Shown one piece after another: positions 25,335-33,720 of a DNA stretch of 33,720 bases. The stretch is taken from the NCBI GenBank assembly GCA_029548585.1, contig JAKPNC010000259.1, positions 1 to 33,720 on the forward strand, written 5' to 3'. The notes below the pieces were generated by a model. That model ran no database searches. It was not told where the DNA came from and saw nothing but the letters and a program-made list of their open reading frames with translations. Positions within the stretch are counted from its first letter, which is position 1; every line of letters starts with the position of its first letter. The position numbers and the translations under genes were made by a program. The DNA is from a bacterium. GTDB lineage: Bacteria > Ratteibacteria > UBA8468 > B48-G9 > JAFGKM01.

Positions 25335-26990
25335 ATGAGAAGCGACATGATAAAGAAGGGGCTCGACAGGGCAGGGCACAGGTCTTTGCTCAAGGCTATC
25401 GGATTGACGGACGAAGAGATAAGCCGTCCCATAATCGCAGTTGCGAATTCTGCAAACGAGATAGTTCCGGGCCATATACATCTTGACCGGATAACGGAAG
25501 CCGTGAAAACCGGCATAAGGCTGGCCGGAGCCACACCCCTGGAATTTGGAACCATAGGGGTTTGCGACGGTATTGCCATGGGACATTCCGGCATGAAATA
25601 CAGCCTTGTTTCGAGGGACGTGATAGCGGATTCTGTGGAGCTGATGCTCCAAGCGCACCAGTTTGACGGGGTCGTGCTGGTGGCCGATTGCGATAAGATC
25701 GTGCCAGGCATGTTGATGGCCCTTCTCAGGGTGAATATCCCGGGTCTCCTGGTAAGCGGCGGCCCGATGATGTGCGGTTACCTGCCGACAGGAGAAAGCC
25801 TGGACCTTATCTCCGTTTTTGAAGGTGTAGGAAGGGTTAAGAGCGGCGATCTCAGCGAAAAGGACATGAAGGTTTTTGAAAACGAAGCATGCCCGGGTGC
25901 GGGAAGCTGTGCCGGGATGTTTACAGCCAATTCCATGAACTGCCTCAGCGAGGCCATAGGGCTTGCCCTGCCCGGCAACGGGACCATTCCTGCTGTAACG
26001 GCAAAAAGGATAAGGCTTGCAAAAGAGGCAGGCATGAGGGTGGTTGAGCTTGTCAGGGAAGATATAAAGCCCAGGGATATTGCAACTGAAGCCGCCTTTA
26101 CCAACGCCGTGGCCGTGGATATGGCCGTGGGAGCTTCAACCAACACCGTGCTTCATCTTCCTGCAATCGCCCGGGAAGCCGGCATAAAGCTTGATTTGGA
26201 AATTTTCGATTCGATGAGCCGGAAAACCCCAAATATTTCCAAGATATCTCCTGCATCGAAACAGCATATGCAGGATCTCGATGCCGCCGGGGGGATATCG
26301 GCGGTGATGAAGGAACTTGCTTCGAAGAATCTCATAGATAAGGATGTGTTGACCGTGAGCGGCAGGAAAGTCGGAGACATCATAAATGGCGCTTCAATAT
26401 ACAACAGGGATGTTATAAGGAGTGCGGATAACCCGTATTCAACCGAAGGAGGCATAGCTATTCTCAGGGGAAATCTCGCACCCGACGGAGCGGTTGTCAA
26501 GCAGTCCGCAGTTTCTCCTCTGATGATGAAGTTCAGCGGCCCCGCACACGTTTTTGACGGTGAAGAGGAAGCCATGAAGGCAGTCATGGAGGACAGGATA
26601 AAGGAAGGCTTTATTTTGATAAGGTACGAAGGGCCGAAGGGAGGCCCTGGAATGAGGGAGATGCTATCCATTACTTCTGTAATAACGGGAAAAGGTCTCG
26701 GAGAAAAGGTGGCACTCCTCACCGACGGGAGGTTTTCAGGCGGAACCAGGGGACCTTGCATAGGACATATTAGCCCGGAAGCCGCTGACGGCGGGCCAAT
26801 CGCCCTGGCGCGGGATGGAGATCTTGTGGAGATGGACATACCGGCAAGAACTCTTGAGATCCGGGTTTCGTCCGATGAGATGGAGAAAAGGAAGAAGTCG
26901 TTCAGGCCAAGGGAGAAAAAAAACGAAGGCATACTCGCAAGGTACGCGAGAAGCGTTAAATCTGCAAACACAGGAGCAATCCTGGAGTAG
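25335..26990 (+). CDS. ilvD: Dihydroxy-acid dehydratase
   Basis: [29 protein letters not shown] start and the CDGIAMGH and CDKIVPGM Fe-S/active-site motifs. I prefer the ATG at 25335 (RBS AAGGAG) to the upstream ATG at 25302. Confidence 0.9.
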   Translation: MRSDMIKKGLDRAGHRSLLKAIGLTDEEISRPIIAVANSANEIVPGHIHLDRITEAVKTGIRLAGATPLEFGTIGVCDGIAMGHSGMKYSLVSRDVIADSVELMLQAHQFDGVVLVADCDKIVPGMLMALLRVNIPGLLVSGGPMMCGYLPTGESLDLISVFEGVGRVKSGDLSEKDMKVFENEACPGAGSCAGMFTANSMNCLSEAIGLALPGNGTIPAVTAKRIRLAKEAGMRVVELVREDIKPRDIATEAAFTNAVAVDMAVGASTNTVLHLPAIAREAGIKLDLEIFDSMSRKTPNISKISPASKQHMQDLDAAGGISAVMKELASKNLIDKDVLTVSGRKVGDIINGASIYNRDVIRSADNPYSTEGGIAILRGNLAPDGAVVKQSAVSPLMMKFSGPAHVFDGEEEAMKAVMEDRIKEGFILIRYEGPKGGPGMREMLSITSVITGKGLGEKVALLTDGRFSGGTRGPCIGHISPEAADGGPIALARDGDLVEMDIPARTLEIRVSSDEMEKRKKSFRPREKKNEGILARYARSVKSANTGAILE

Positions 26991-26998
26991 AGGGCAAG

Positions 26999-28267
26999 AT
27001 GAAATCAAAAGGCATATCAGGAAAATCCATAGAATATGTAGCAAACAAGGAGGGTATTGGTCCGGATTGCATCGCGGAAGGTGTCTCATCAGGCAAAGTT
27101 GTCATATTGAAGCATAAGAAAACCTGGCTCGGGGTGGGACAGGGATTGAGGACCAAGATAAATGCGAATATCGGCACGTCTCCGGACGTCGACGATATCG
27201 AACTGGAGATGCAGAAGCTGAAGGCCGCATGCGAAAACGGGGCCGATGCCGTAATGGATCTCAGCACGGGTGAAAACACGGTCAAGGTTCTTGAACAGGT
27301 TGTCGGAAGAAGTCCCGTACCGGTTGGTACTGTTCCCATTTATCAGGCTGCGGTTGAATCCATCGAGGAAAAGGGAGCTCTTCGGAAGATGGATCCGGAA
27401 AAATTGTTCGGGGTAATAGAGAAACACGCAAAGTGTGGAGTTTCCTTTACAACACTCCACTGCGGTATTACCATGGGAACGCTGGAGAGGCTGAGAAAGA
27501 ATCCCAGGAAGTCAATGGTCGTCAGCAGGGGAGGGGCATTTCTCATAAGCTGGATGATAGCAAACGGAAGGGAGAACCCCCTCTACGAGCATTTTGACAG
27601 GGTTCTCGACATAGCAGGGAAATACGGACTGGTCCTGAGCCTCGGAGACGGCATGAGGCCGGGCGGAATGGCCGATTCCACCGATAGCGCACAGCTGGAC
27701 GAACTTCTGACCCTGGGAGAATTGACAAAGAGGGCGTGGGAAGCGGGAGTCCAGGTAATAATAGAAGGCCCTGGACATATACCCATAAACGAGATTGCTG
27801 CAAACGTGATTCTTCAGAAAAAGATCTGTCACGGGGCGCCATTCTATGTCCTGGGACCGCTTGTAACCGATATCGCTCCGGGATACGACCACATAGTTGC
27901 CGCCATAGGCGGAGCTGTCGCAGGCATGAACGGAGCCGATTTTCTCTGTTACGTGACACCGAGCGAACACCTGGGATTGCCCGGGATAGACGAGGTTGTT
28001 GAAGGAACCGTCGCAGCCAGGATCGCCGCTCATGCCGCGGATATAGGGAAAGGCCTCAGGGGCGCGGTGGAATGGGATTTCATGATGGACGAGGCAAGGA
28101 CCCGGAGGGACTGGAATGCCCAGAAAAAACTTTCCGTGAATCCTTCGAGGTTTGAGAAAATCCGTTCCAAGGCAGTTGCGGGCTCGGATGACGTGTGCAC
28201 CATGTGCGGTAAATACTGTGCCATCAAGACCGTCGAGAAATATCTGAAGACAAAGGTGATCTGTTAA
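26999..28267 (+). CDS. thiC: Phosphomethylpyrimidine synthase (radical-SAM ThiC)
   Basis: KINANIGTSPDVDD, AVMDLSTGEN, and the C-terminal CTMCGKYCAIK cluster motif; 422 aa. It starts 8 nt after the ilvD stop. Confidence 0.9.
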   Translation: MKSKGISGKSIEYVANKEGIGPDCIAEGVSSGKVVILKHKKTWLGVGQGLRTKINANIGTSPDVDDIELEMQKLKAACENGADAVMDLSTGENTVKVLEQVVGRSPVPVGTVPIYQAAVESIEEKGALRKMDPEKLFGVIEKHAKCGVSFTTLHCGITMGTLERLRKNPRKSMVVSRGGAFLISWMIANGRENPLYEHFDRVLDIAGKYGLVLSLGDGMRPGGMADSTDSAQLDELLTLGELTKRAWEAGVQVIIEGPGHIPINEIAANVILQKKICHGAPFYVLGPLVTDIAPGYDHIVAAIGGAVAGMNGADFLCYVTPSEHLGLPGIDEVVEGTVAARIAAHAADIGKGLRGAVEWDFMMDEARTRRDWNAQKKLSVNPSRFEKIRSKAVAGSDDVCTMCGKYCAIKTVEKYLKTKVIC

Positions 28268-28268
28268 A

Positions 28269-28757
28269 ATGGGAAAGGTGAAAAAATTCGGTGAGAAGGT
28301 ACTCAGGATGAAGGCAAGGAAAGTTGCCGGGATTGATGAAGAAATATCCAGGCTTGTAAGGAGGATGAAGACTGTCTTGAACCGGGAGGAAGGACTTGGC
28401 CTTGCAGCTCCGCAGATCGGAGTTTCCAAAAGGATTTTCATCGCCCTTGACAGGGAGAATAAAAAGATCATAACGGCGATTAACCCGGAGTTGACCTGCC
28501 TGGACGGAAAGGAGATTGATTTTGAAGGTTGTCTAAGTTTCCCGGAGATCTTCTTTTCCATAGAAAGGGCCAGGAAGGTTATCCTTAAGGGTATTGACGA
28601 AAAAGGAGAGAGTTTTGCCATGGAGGCAGATGGGATTCTTGCCAGGTGCTTTCAGCACGAAATGGACCACCTTGATGGAAAGCTTATCATAGATTACGCA
28701 ACCGAGCAGGAAAAGGCGAACTCTAGAGAAAAACTGGAAAGGCTGGCTAAAAGATGA
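28269..28757 (+). CDS. def: Peptide deformylase
   Basis: GLAAPQIG, EGCLSFP and HEMDHLDG motifs; 162 aa. Confidence 0.9.
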   Translation: MGKVKKFGEKVLRMKARKVAGIDEEISRLVRRMKTVLNREEGLGLAAPQIGVSKRIFIALDRENKKIITAINPELTCLDGKEIDFEGCLSFPEIFFSIERARKVILKGIDEKGESFAMEADGILARCFQHEMDHLDGKLIIDYATEQEKANSREKLERLAKR

Positions 28758-30355
28758 TACCTGAATTTCTTATTTCGTTCAATACCGGGACCCTCCCGTG
28801 CGAGGAGATGGATTTCCTTGTGATAGGAGGAGGCATTGCAGGGTTGAGCGCCGCTCTGGAGCTCAAATCTTTCAACACGGCAGTTATTTACAAGGACGGC
28901 ATATCCGAGACCTGTACGTACAACGCTCAGGGCGGAATAGCATGCGCCCTCGGCAGGGGGGACACCCCACGCAGCCACTGGGAGGACACCATGGCAACCG
29001 GGTGCGGCATAGCAGATCCGGAGGCCGTGGAGATCCTTGTAAACGAAGGTGTCGACAGGATGCGCCACCTGGTGGAATCGGGTCTTGTTTTCGACGGGAC
29101 GAAGGGGGAGTTCCACTTTACCCGCGAAGGAGGACATTCCTGCAGCAGAATCCTTCACATAGAAGGAGATTCGGTTGGCAGGAACCTTATGTCGTTTCTA
29201 TACTCGAAGGCAACGTCGGAGAAGAATTTAAAGATATTTCATTCCCATTTCCTGATAGATTTACTCTCTGCAGAGAACAGGATTACCGGCGCGCTGATTT
29301 ATGACGGGAAAAATAAGAGGATTTTTGTCGCAAGGGCGAAAGCTTTTATCCTTGCGGCGGGAGGAGCAGGAAATCTATTCCAGGAGACAACCAACCCTTC
29401 AGGCATCACGGGAGACGGGATGTCTGTCGCATACAGGAGAGGGGCGGAGCTTGCCGACCTGGAATTCTACCAGTTTCATCCTACCACGTTTTACCTTGCC
29501 GGCGCACCCCGGTTCCTTATCTCCGAAAGCGTGAGAGGGGAAGGCGGCATCCTTAAGAACGCCAGGGGCGAAAGGTTCATGCCTGACTACCATGTTTCGG
29601 GAGAGCTTGCCCCGAGAGACGTAGTTACAAGGGCGATAATAGACCATATGAAGCTGACGGGGACAAATTGTGTTTACCTCGATCTTTCAGGAATAAAAGA
29701 TAACCTTCCGAAAAGGTTTCCCCAGATATACTCGTTCTGCATGAATTACGGTATTGACATAAGGAAGTCGATGGTGCCTGTAAGGCCGGCGGCCCATTAT
29801 TTCATGGGCGGAATAAAGACGGACATGTGGGGCAAGACCAGCCTTGAAAACCTTTTTGCGTGCGGTGAAATAGCATGCACCGGAGTCCACGGGGCCAACC
29901 GGCTTGCAAGCAATTCCCTTCTCGAGGGACTGGTCTTCGGGTCGAGGGCCGGAAGGAAGGCTGCTGAGAAGTCAGGCATGAAGATCGGCAGGAATGACAT
30001 AAAGTACAATTTCCCACAGAGGGCGGATATACTCATAGACAGGGAAGACCTCAAGAGGTCCATAAGGAGCCTCATGTGGAGAAACGTGGGCATCGAAAGA
30101 GAGGAAGCCGTTCTCACTACGGCAATAAGAAAATTCGACGACTGGAAAAAATATGCGTTCCTGAAGGAGTTTTCCGATATAACGGGTTTCGAGGCCTTAA
30201 ACATGCTTATAATATCTTCCCTGATCACTGAAGCCGCTTCCCCCAGGAAGGAAAGCAGGGGAACCCATTTCCGGAGGGACTACCCGGCAGAGAATAACTC
30301 TGAGTGGAAGAAACACATAATAGTCAGCAGGAACGGTTTCAGGATACAGGATTAG
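28754..30355 (+). CDS. nadB: L-aspartate oxidase
   Basis: FAD-binding start DFLVIGGGIAGLSAAL, then RHLVESGLVFDG and HYFMGGI; 533 aa. Its ATG overlaps the def stop (ATGA). Confidence 0.85.
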   Translation: MIPEFLISFNTGTLPCEEMDFLVIGGGIAGLSAALELKSFNTAVIYKDGISETCTYNAQGGIACALGRGDTPRSHWEDTMATGCGIADPEAVEILVNEGVDRMRHLVESGLVFDGTKGEFHFTREGGHSCSRILHIEGDSVGRNLMSFLYSKATSEKNLKIFHSHFLIDLLSAENRITGALIYDGKNKRIFVARAKAFILAAGGAGNLFQETTNPSGITGDGMSVAYRRGAELADLEFYQFHPTTFYLAGAPRFLISESVRGEGGILKNARGERFMPDYHVSGELAPRDVVTRAIIDHMKLTGTNCVYLDLSGIKDNLPKRFPQIYSFCMNYGIDIRKSMVPVRPAAHYFMGGIKTDMWGKTSLENLFACGEIACTGVHGANRLASNSLLEGLVFGSRAGRKAAEKSGMKIGRNDIKYNFPQRADILIDREDLKRSIRSLMWRNVGIEREEAVLTTAIRKFDDWKKYAFLKEFSDITGFEALNMLIISSLITEAASPRKESRGTHFRRDYPAENNSEWKKHIIVSRNGFRIQD

Positions 30356-30360
30356 CAGTC

Positions 30361-31785
30361 ATGGAAAGGGTAAAGGAAAAGAAACAGGATCCCGTTTTGA
30401 GAAGGTGCAATTTTCAAGAAGTTTCCCTCGGTTACACGGAGGATGAAGCCGTTGCAGAGGCAGGCCGATGCCTGCAGTGCAAGAAGCCGCCATGCGTGAA
30501 AGGATGCCCTGTCGGAATTGATATACCTGCTTTTATTGCAGAGATCCGTAAAAGGGATCATGACAGCGCGCTGGCAAAGATATACGAGAAGAATATGCTT
30601 CCTTCCATATGCGGGAGGGTATGTCCCCAGGAGACCCAGTGCGAGGCGGCATGCGTTCTGGGGAGGCGGGGAAGCCCGGTGGCCATAGGAAAGCTTGAAA
30701 GGTTTGCCGGCGACAGGACGGTTTACACTCCCGGATGTTCTTCCCACGGGTTGGCGAAAACAGGAAAGGTTGCCGTCATTGGTGCCGGACCCGCCGGCCT
30801 GACGTGCGCTTGCGAGCTTGCGAAATGCGGTGTCCGGGTTACCATTTACGAGGCGCTTCACGTTGCCGGGGGAGTGCTGGTTTACGGGATACCTGAATTC
30901 AGGCTTCCCAAAAGGGTAGTGGAAAGGGAGATACGTCTCCTTGAGAAGCTTGGGGTTGAGATAAAAACCGATATAATTGCGGGAAGGACCATCACCATTG
31001 AAGACATTTTTAAGGCGGGTTATGCGGCGGCCTTCATAGGTTCCGGCGCCGGCCTTCCCTCTTTCATGGGCATACCCGGAGAGAATCTTCTGAGGGTTTA
31101 TTCCGCGAACGAGTTTCTCACGAGAGTAAATCTTATGAAAGGGTACCTTTTCCCGGAGTACGATACTCCCGTAAGCATAGGAGCGAAGGTTGCCGTCATA
31201 GGGGGCGGGAATGTAGCCATGGATTCTGCAAGGGCCGCCCTGAGGCTCGGGGCGAAGCATGTTACAGTCTTGTACCGCAGGACCGAAAAAGAGATGCCCG
31301 CAAGAGCGGAGGAATACGAAAATGCCAGGGAAGAGGGGATCGGTTTCAGATTCCTTGTACAGCCGATTGAGATCGTTGGAGACGGACAAGGGTACGTAAG
31401 AGGCATAAAGATTGTCCATAACAGGCTCGGGGATCCTGATGAAAGCGGCAGGAGAAGCCCCGTTGCAATCGAAGGAACGGAAGAATTCATTGGGATTGAA
31501 TCTGTAATCGTGGCCATAGGACAGAATCCCAGTCCGCTGATTCCTTCCACTTATAAAAAACTGGCTACAGGCAGGAAAGGAAATATAATCGTAAATAAAG
31601 ATACGTGCGAGACTAATGTCCCTGGAATTTTTGCCGGCGGTGACGTAGCGACAGGCGCCGCAACCGTTATAAGCGCCATGGGTATGGGAAAGACCGCTGC
31701 CAGGAGCATCGTCCGGTACCTCGCCACGAAAAACCAGTCTTCAGATTCACCCCCGCCCGGTAAGGCCGCAGACGTCAATTCATGA
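30361..31785 (+). CDS. GltD/NfnB-like NAD(P)H-dependent FAD/[4Fe-4S] oxidoreductase (glutamate synthase small-subunit family)
   Basis: CLQCKKPPCVKGCPVGIDIP...CGRVCPQETQCEAACVLG (two Fe-S clusters), KVAVIGAGPAGLTCA (dinucleotide binding), and GGDVATGAATVISAMGMGKTAARSI. The ATG at 30361 is 5 nt after the nadB stop. Confidence 0.8.
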   Translation: MERVKEKKQDPVLRRCNFQEVSLGYTEDEAVAEAGRCLQCKKPPCVKGCPVGIDIPAFIAEIRKRDHDSALAKIYEKNMLPSICGRVCPQETQCEAACVLGRRGSPVAIGKLERFAGDRTVYTPGCSSHGLAKTGKVAVIGAGPAGLTCACELAKCGVRVTIYEALHVAGGVLVYGIPEFRLPKRVVEREIRLLEKLGVEIKTDIIAGRTITIEDIFKAGYAAAFIGSGAGLPSFMGIPGENLLRVYSANEFLTRVNLMKGYLFPEYDTPVSIGAKVAVIGGGNVAMDSARAALRLGAKHVTVLYRRTEKEMPARAEEYENAREEGIGFRFLVQPIEIVGDGQGYVRGIKIVHNRLGDPDESGRRSPVAIEGTEEFIGIESVIVAIGQNPSPLIPSTYKKLATGRKGNIIVNKDTCETNVPGIFAGGDVATGAATVISAMGMGKTAARSIVRYLATKNQSSDSPPPGKAADVNS

Positions 31786-31839
31786 ATCTTTTGTTCCAAA
31801 GGATGGCTTTTTTTGACCCACCGGATGTGAGGGAGTCCG

Positions 31840-31868
31840 TTGACAAGAAAGGCTGCATATGCTAATTT
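31840..31868 (+). promoter_or_regulatory. Putative promoter for the SPFH gene
   Basis: TTGACA (31840-31845), a 17-nt spacer, then a weak -10 TAATTT. A 7-bp hairpin AGGCAAA/TTTGCCT (31898-31917) lies in the 5' UTR. Confidence 0.35.
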
Positions 31869-31939
31869 TAAATTGAGTGGGGCTAAAAATCCCGTAGAGG
31901 CAAAGGGCATTTTGCCTTGCACAAAAAGGAGATACCCAA

Positions 31940-32692
31940 ATGGAAGGCATTATGATGCTTCTTGTAGTGGCGATAATTATACTTTTCAATTCGGTTAAGA
32001 TTGTGAGCGAATACGAAAGAGGCGTTGTATTCAGGCTCGGCAGGCTGGTCGACGCAAGAGGGCCGGGGCTGATAATCCTTTTTCCCATGGTTGAAAGGAT
32101 GGTAAAAATCAGCCTGAGAACAGTGACCTTTGACGTGACTCCCCAGGAGGTCATGACCCGGGACAACGTTCCGATAAAGATAAACGCTGTTGTCTGGTTC
32201 AGGGTTATGGATCCCAACAAGGCGGTTGTTGAAGTGGAAAACTACCACATGTCAACCATGCAGCTCGCACAGACAACCCTCAGGGGCATAGCCGGACAGT
32301 TTGAGCTGGATCAGATACTCTCGGAAAGGGATACGGTCAACCAGCAGCTTCAGCAGATAATCGACCAGCAGACTGATCCATGGGGTATCAAAGTGAGCAT
32401 AGTGGAAATAAAGGAAGTCGAACTTCCCGATACGATGAAAAGGGCCATGGCGAGGCAGGCCGAGGTTGAAAGGGATCGAAGGGCAAGGATAATAAATGCC
32501 GAGGGAGAATACCAGGCTTCCGAAAAACTGAGGGATGCCGCAAAGATACTTGCGGAAGTACCTTCTTCCATACAGCTGAGATATCTTCAAACGGCTGCCG
32601 AGATAGCCGCTGAAAAGAATTCAACGATACTCTTTCCCCTGCCCATAGAGCTTCTGAAATTTTTTGAAAAAAATGACAAGAAGACAGGCTGA
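31940..32692 (+). CDS. SPFH / band-7 (stomatin-like) membrane protein
   Basis: N-terminal TM helix, then the SPFH core [15 protein letters not shown]...[17 protein letters not shown], with a coiled-coil C-terminus; 250 aa. RBS AAAGGAGA. Confidence 0.8.
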   Translation: MEGIMMLLVVAIIILFNSVKIVSEYERGVVFRLGRLVDARGPGLIILFPMVERMVKISLRTVTFDVTPQEVMTRDNVPIKINAVVWFRVMDPNKAVVEVENYHMSTMQLAQTTLRGIAGQFELDQILSERDTVNQQLQQIIDQQTDPWGIKVSIVEIKEVELPDTMKRAMARQAEVERDRRARIINAEGEYQASEKLRDAAKILAEVPSSIQLRYLQTAAEIAAEKNSTILFPLPIELLKFFEKNDKKTG

Positions 32693-32781
32693 GAAGATCG
32701 CGGAAAGGTTTGAGGAGAGGAAAATTCAAGGAAGGGAGTGAAGTCGTTTTCCCGGGTTGTTGTTTTATTTACAGGCGCAAA

Positions 32782-33645
32782 ATGGCAAAATTCAAGAATA
32801 CAGGCATTGTCGGTCTTGGCCTGATAGGAGGCTCCATTGCCCTCGGCATGAAGAAGAGGCGCATATCGGAGAAAATTACCGGTTTTAGCAGGAGGCCTGA
32901 AACGCTTGAAAAGGCTAAATCCCAGGGACTTATAGACGAGTATTACACGGATTTCGATGAGGGTCTCGACGGACTCGACTTCCTTGTTCTGGCAACGCCC
33001 GTGGATATAATAAAGGAGTATTTTGAAAGAATTAAAAAGCATGGTTCCAAAGTGCTGGTTACAGACGTGGCGAGCGTCAAGGAGAAAATATGCCGCGAAG
33101 CGTTCGATCTTCTCGGGCCGGGAAACAGCTTTGTACCTTCCCATCCAATGGCAGGCTCTGAGAAAAGCGGCATGGATCAGGCGATGGAAAACCTTTTCGA
33201 AAACAGGTATGTGATAATGACTCCCGGTTCAGATACAGGCGAGAAAAATCTGGAGTCCGTCAAGGGATTCTGGGAATCCCTTGGAGCAAAGACAATCCTG
33301 ATGTCTCCATCGGAACATGACAGGATGGTCGGGTTGACAAGCCACATGCCCCATTTGGCTGTATACTGCCTCATATCCCTGCTGGAGAAGGAAGCCGGTC
33401 CTGAGACACTCTACAAATGCCTTGGAACGGGTTTCAGGGATACCACGAGGATAGGAAAGAGCAGTCCGTCCATCTGGTCTGAGATATTTATGGCAAACAG
33501 GGATAACCTCTGTTTCTGGATAGGGGAGATGGAGAAATCGCTGGAAGAAATGAAAAGTTTGCTGGTTAAAGGTTCCCGTAAAGAGCTGGAATCAAGGCTT
33601 AAAAGCCTTAGAACCATAAGGGAAAAAGCCGATGAAAAGAATTGA
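32782..33645 (+). CDS. tyrA: Prephenate/arogenate dehydrogenase
   Basis: GIVGLGLIGGSIALGMKK Rossmann start and SHPMAGSEKSG catalytic region. The ATG at 32782 (MAKFKNTG) is preferred over the longer listed ORF. Confidence 0.8.
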   Translation: MAKFKNTGIVGLGLIGGSIALGMKKRRISEKITGFSRRPETLEKAKSQGLIDEYYTDFDEGLDGLDFLVLATPVDIIKEYFERIKKHGSKVLVTDVASVKEKICREAFDLLGPGNSFVPSHPMAGSEKSGMDQAMENLFENRYVIMTPGSDTGEKNLESVKGFWESLGAKTILMSPSEHDRMVGLTSHMPHLAVYCLISLLEKEAGPETLYKCLGTGFRDTTRIGKSSPSIWSEIFMANRDNLCFWIGEMEKSLEEMKSLLVKGSRKELESRLKSLRTIREKADEKN

Positions 33646-33720
33646 AGCTTTCAGGAAAAGCCGCAGGATGGTCATCAAGATTGGAACACAGGTTCTCACC
33701 TCCACAAACGACCGGCTTGA
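33632..33720 (+). CDS. proB: Probable glutamate 5-kinase, 5' fragment (continues beyond the window)
   Basis: MKRIEAFRKSRRMVIKIGTQVLTSTNDRL resembles the ProB N-terminus (R-x-VVK-x-G-[ST]-xxLT). Its ATG overlaps the tyrA 3' end by 14 nt. Only 29 codons are visible. Confidence 0.45.
   Translation, partial: MKRIEAFRKSRRMVIKIGTQVLTSTNDRL

Noticed and set aside
24605-25711. Long antisense ORFs (368 aa here; also 27512..28621 at 369 aa, 30352..31419 at 355 aa, 16778..17707 at 309 aa, 8310..9110, 18246..19049, 26153..26971, 732..1427, 19965..20648)
   Set aside because: Each lies wholly inside a well-supported +strand gene (pfkA/ilvD, thiC/def, the gltD-like gene, the TPR/HEAT gene, and others). 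The + strand's heavy use of AGG, AGA and GAG codons depletes antisense stop codons. Their translations are low-complexity and rich in S, P, R, G, A and L, with no recognisable motifs. These are shadow ORFs.
26850-27000. Searched for a TPP riboswitch ahead of thiC
   Set aside because: There are only 8 nt between ilvD and thiC, and I could see no THI-box consensus in the ilvD 3' end by eye. I reported it as an absence, not as a feature.
1-33720. Looked for tRNA/tmRNA-like T-arm motifs (GGTTCGAATCC-type), CRISPR-like direct repeats, and inverted-repeat-bounded insertion elements or transposase/integrase ORFs
   Set aside because: None was found by eye. All gaps over 100 nt are accounted for as promoter, terminator or leader regions. 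No repeat family is shared between the intergenic regions.

Overview
This 33.7-kb window is gene-dense and almost entirely core metabolism and translation. No rRNA, tRNA, CRISPR array, transposase or integrase was recognisable by eye. Coding is on the + strand except a 3.4-kb block on the minus strand (asd, bioY, an M16 peptidase, 3489..6753). Gene order on +: alaS (5' truncated), a compact sigma-70-family sigma factor, apt, [minus block], a sugar-phosphate isomerase-like TIM barrel, a ThuA::Gfo/Idh/MocA fusion, two amidohydrolase-2 genes, trpB2, an SDR, a GerMN protein, rpmE, prfA, a TPR/HEAT lipoprotein, prmC, murA, dapB, a DapL-type aminotransferase, purE, a third amidohydrolase-2, fba, pfkA, ilvD, thiC, def, nadB, a GltD/NfnB-like oxidoreductase, an SPFH/stomatin protein, tyrA, and the start of a probable proB. 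Many neighbouring genes share ATGA or longer start/stop overlaps, so the region looks like a few long operons. Codon usage is heavy in AGG/AGA (Arg) and ATA (Ile). That bias produces many long antisense 'shadow' ORFs (up to 369 aa) that I regard as spurious. The best candidate for an undescribed system is the 7.0-11.2 kb operon: a xylose-isomerase-like TIM barrel, a single-polypeptide ThuA-ThuB (Gfo/Idh/MocA) fusion, and a tandem amidohydrolase pair whose first member has lost its metal ligands. It looks like a glycoside or cyclitol 3-oxidation pathway. Other points of interest are a TPR/HEAT/coiled-coil lipoprotein translationally wedged between prfA and prmC, a structured 410-nt non-coding gap, a tandem direct repeat in a divergent promoter region, and a long leader ahead of trpB2.
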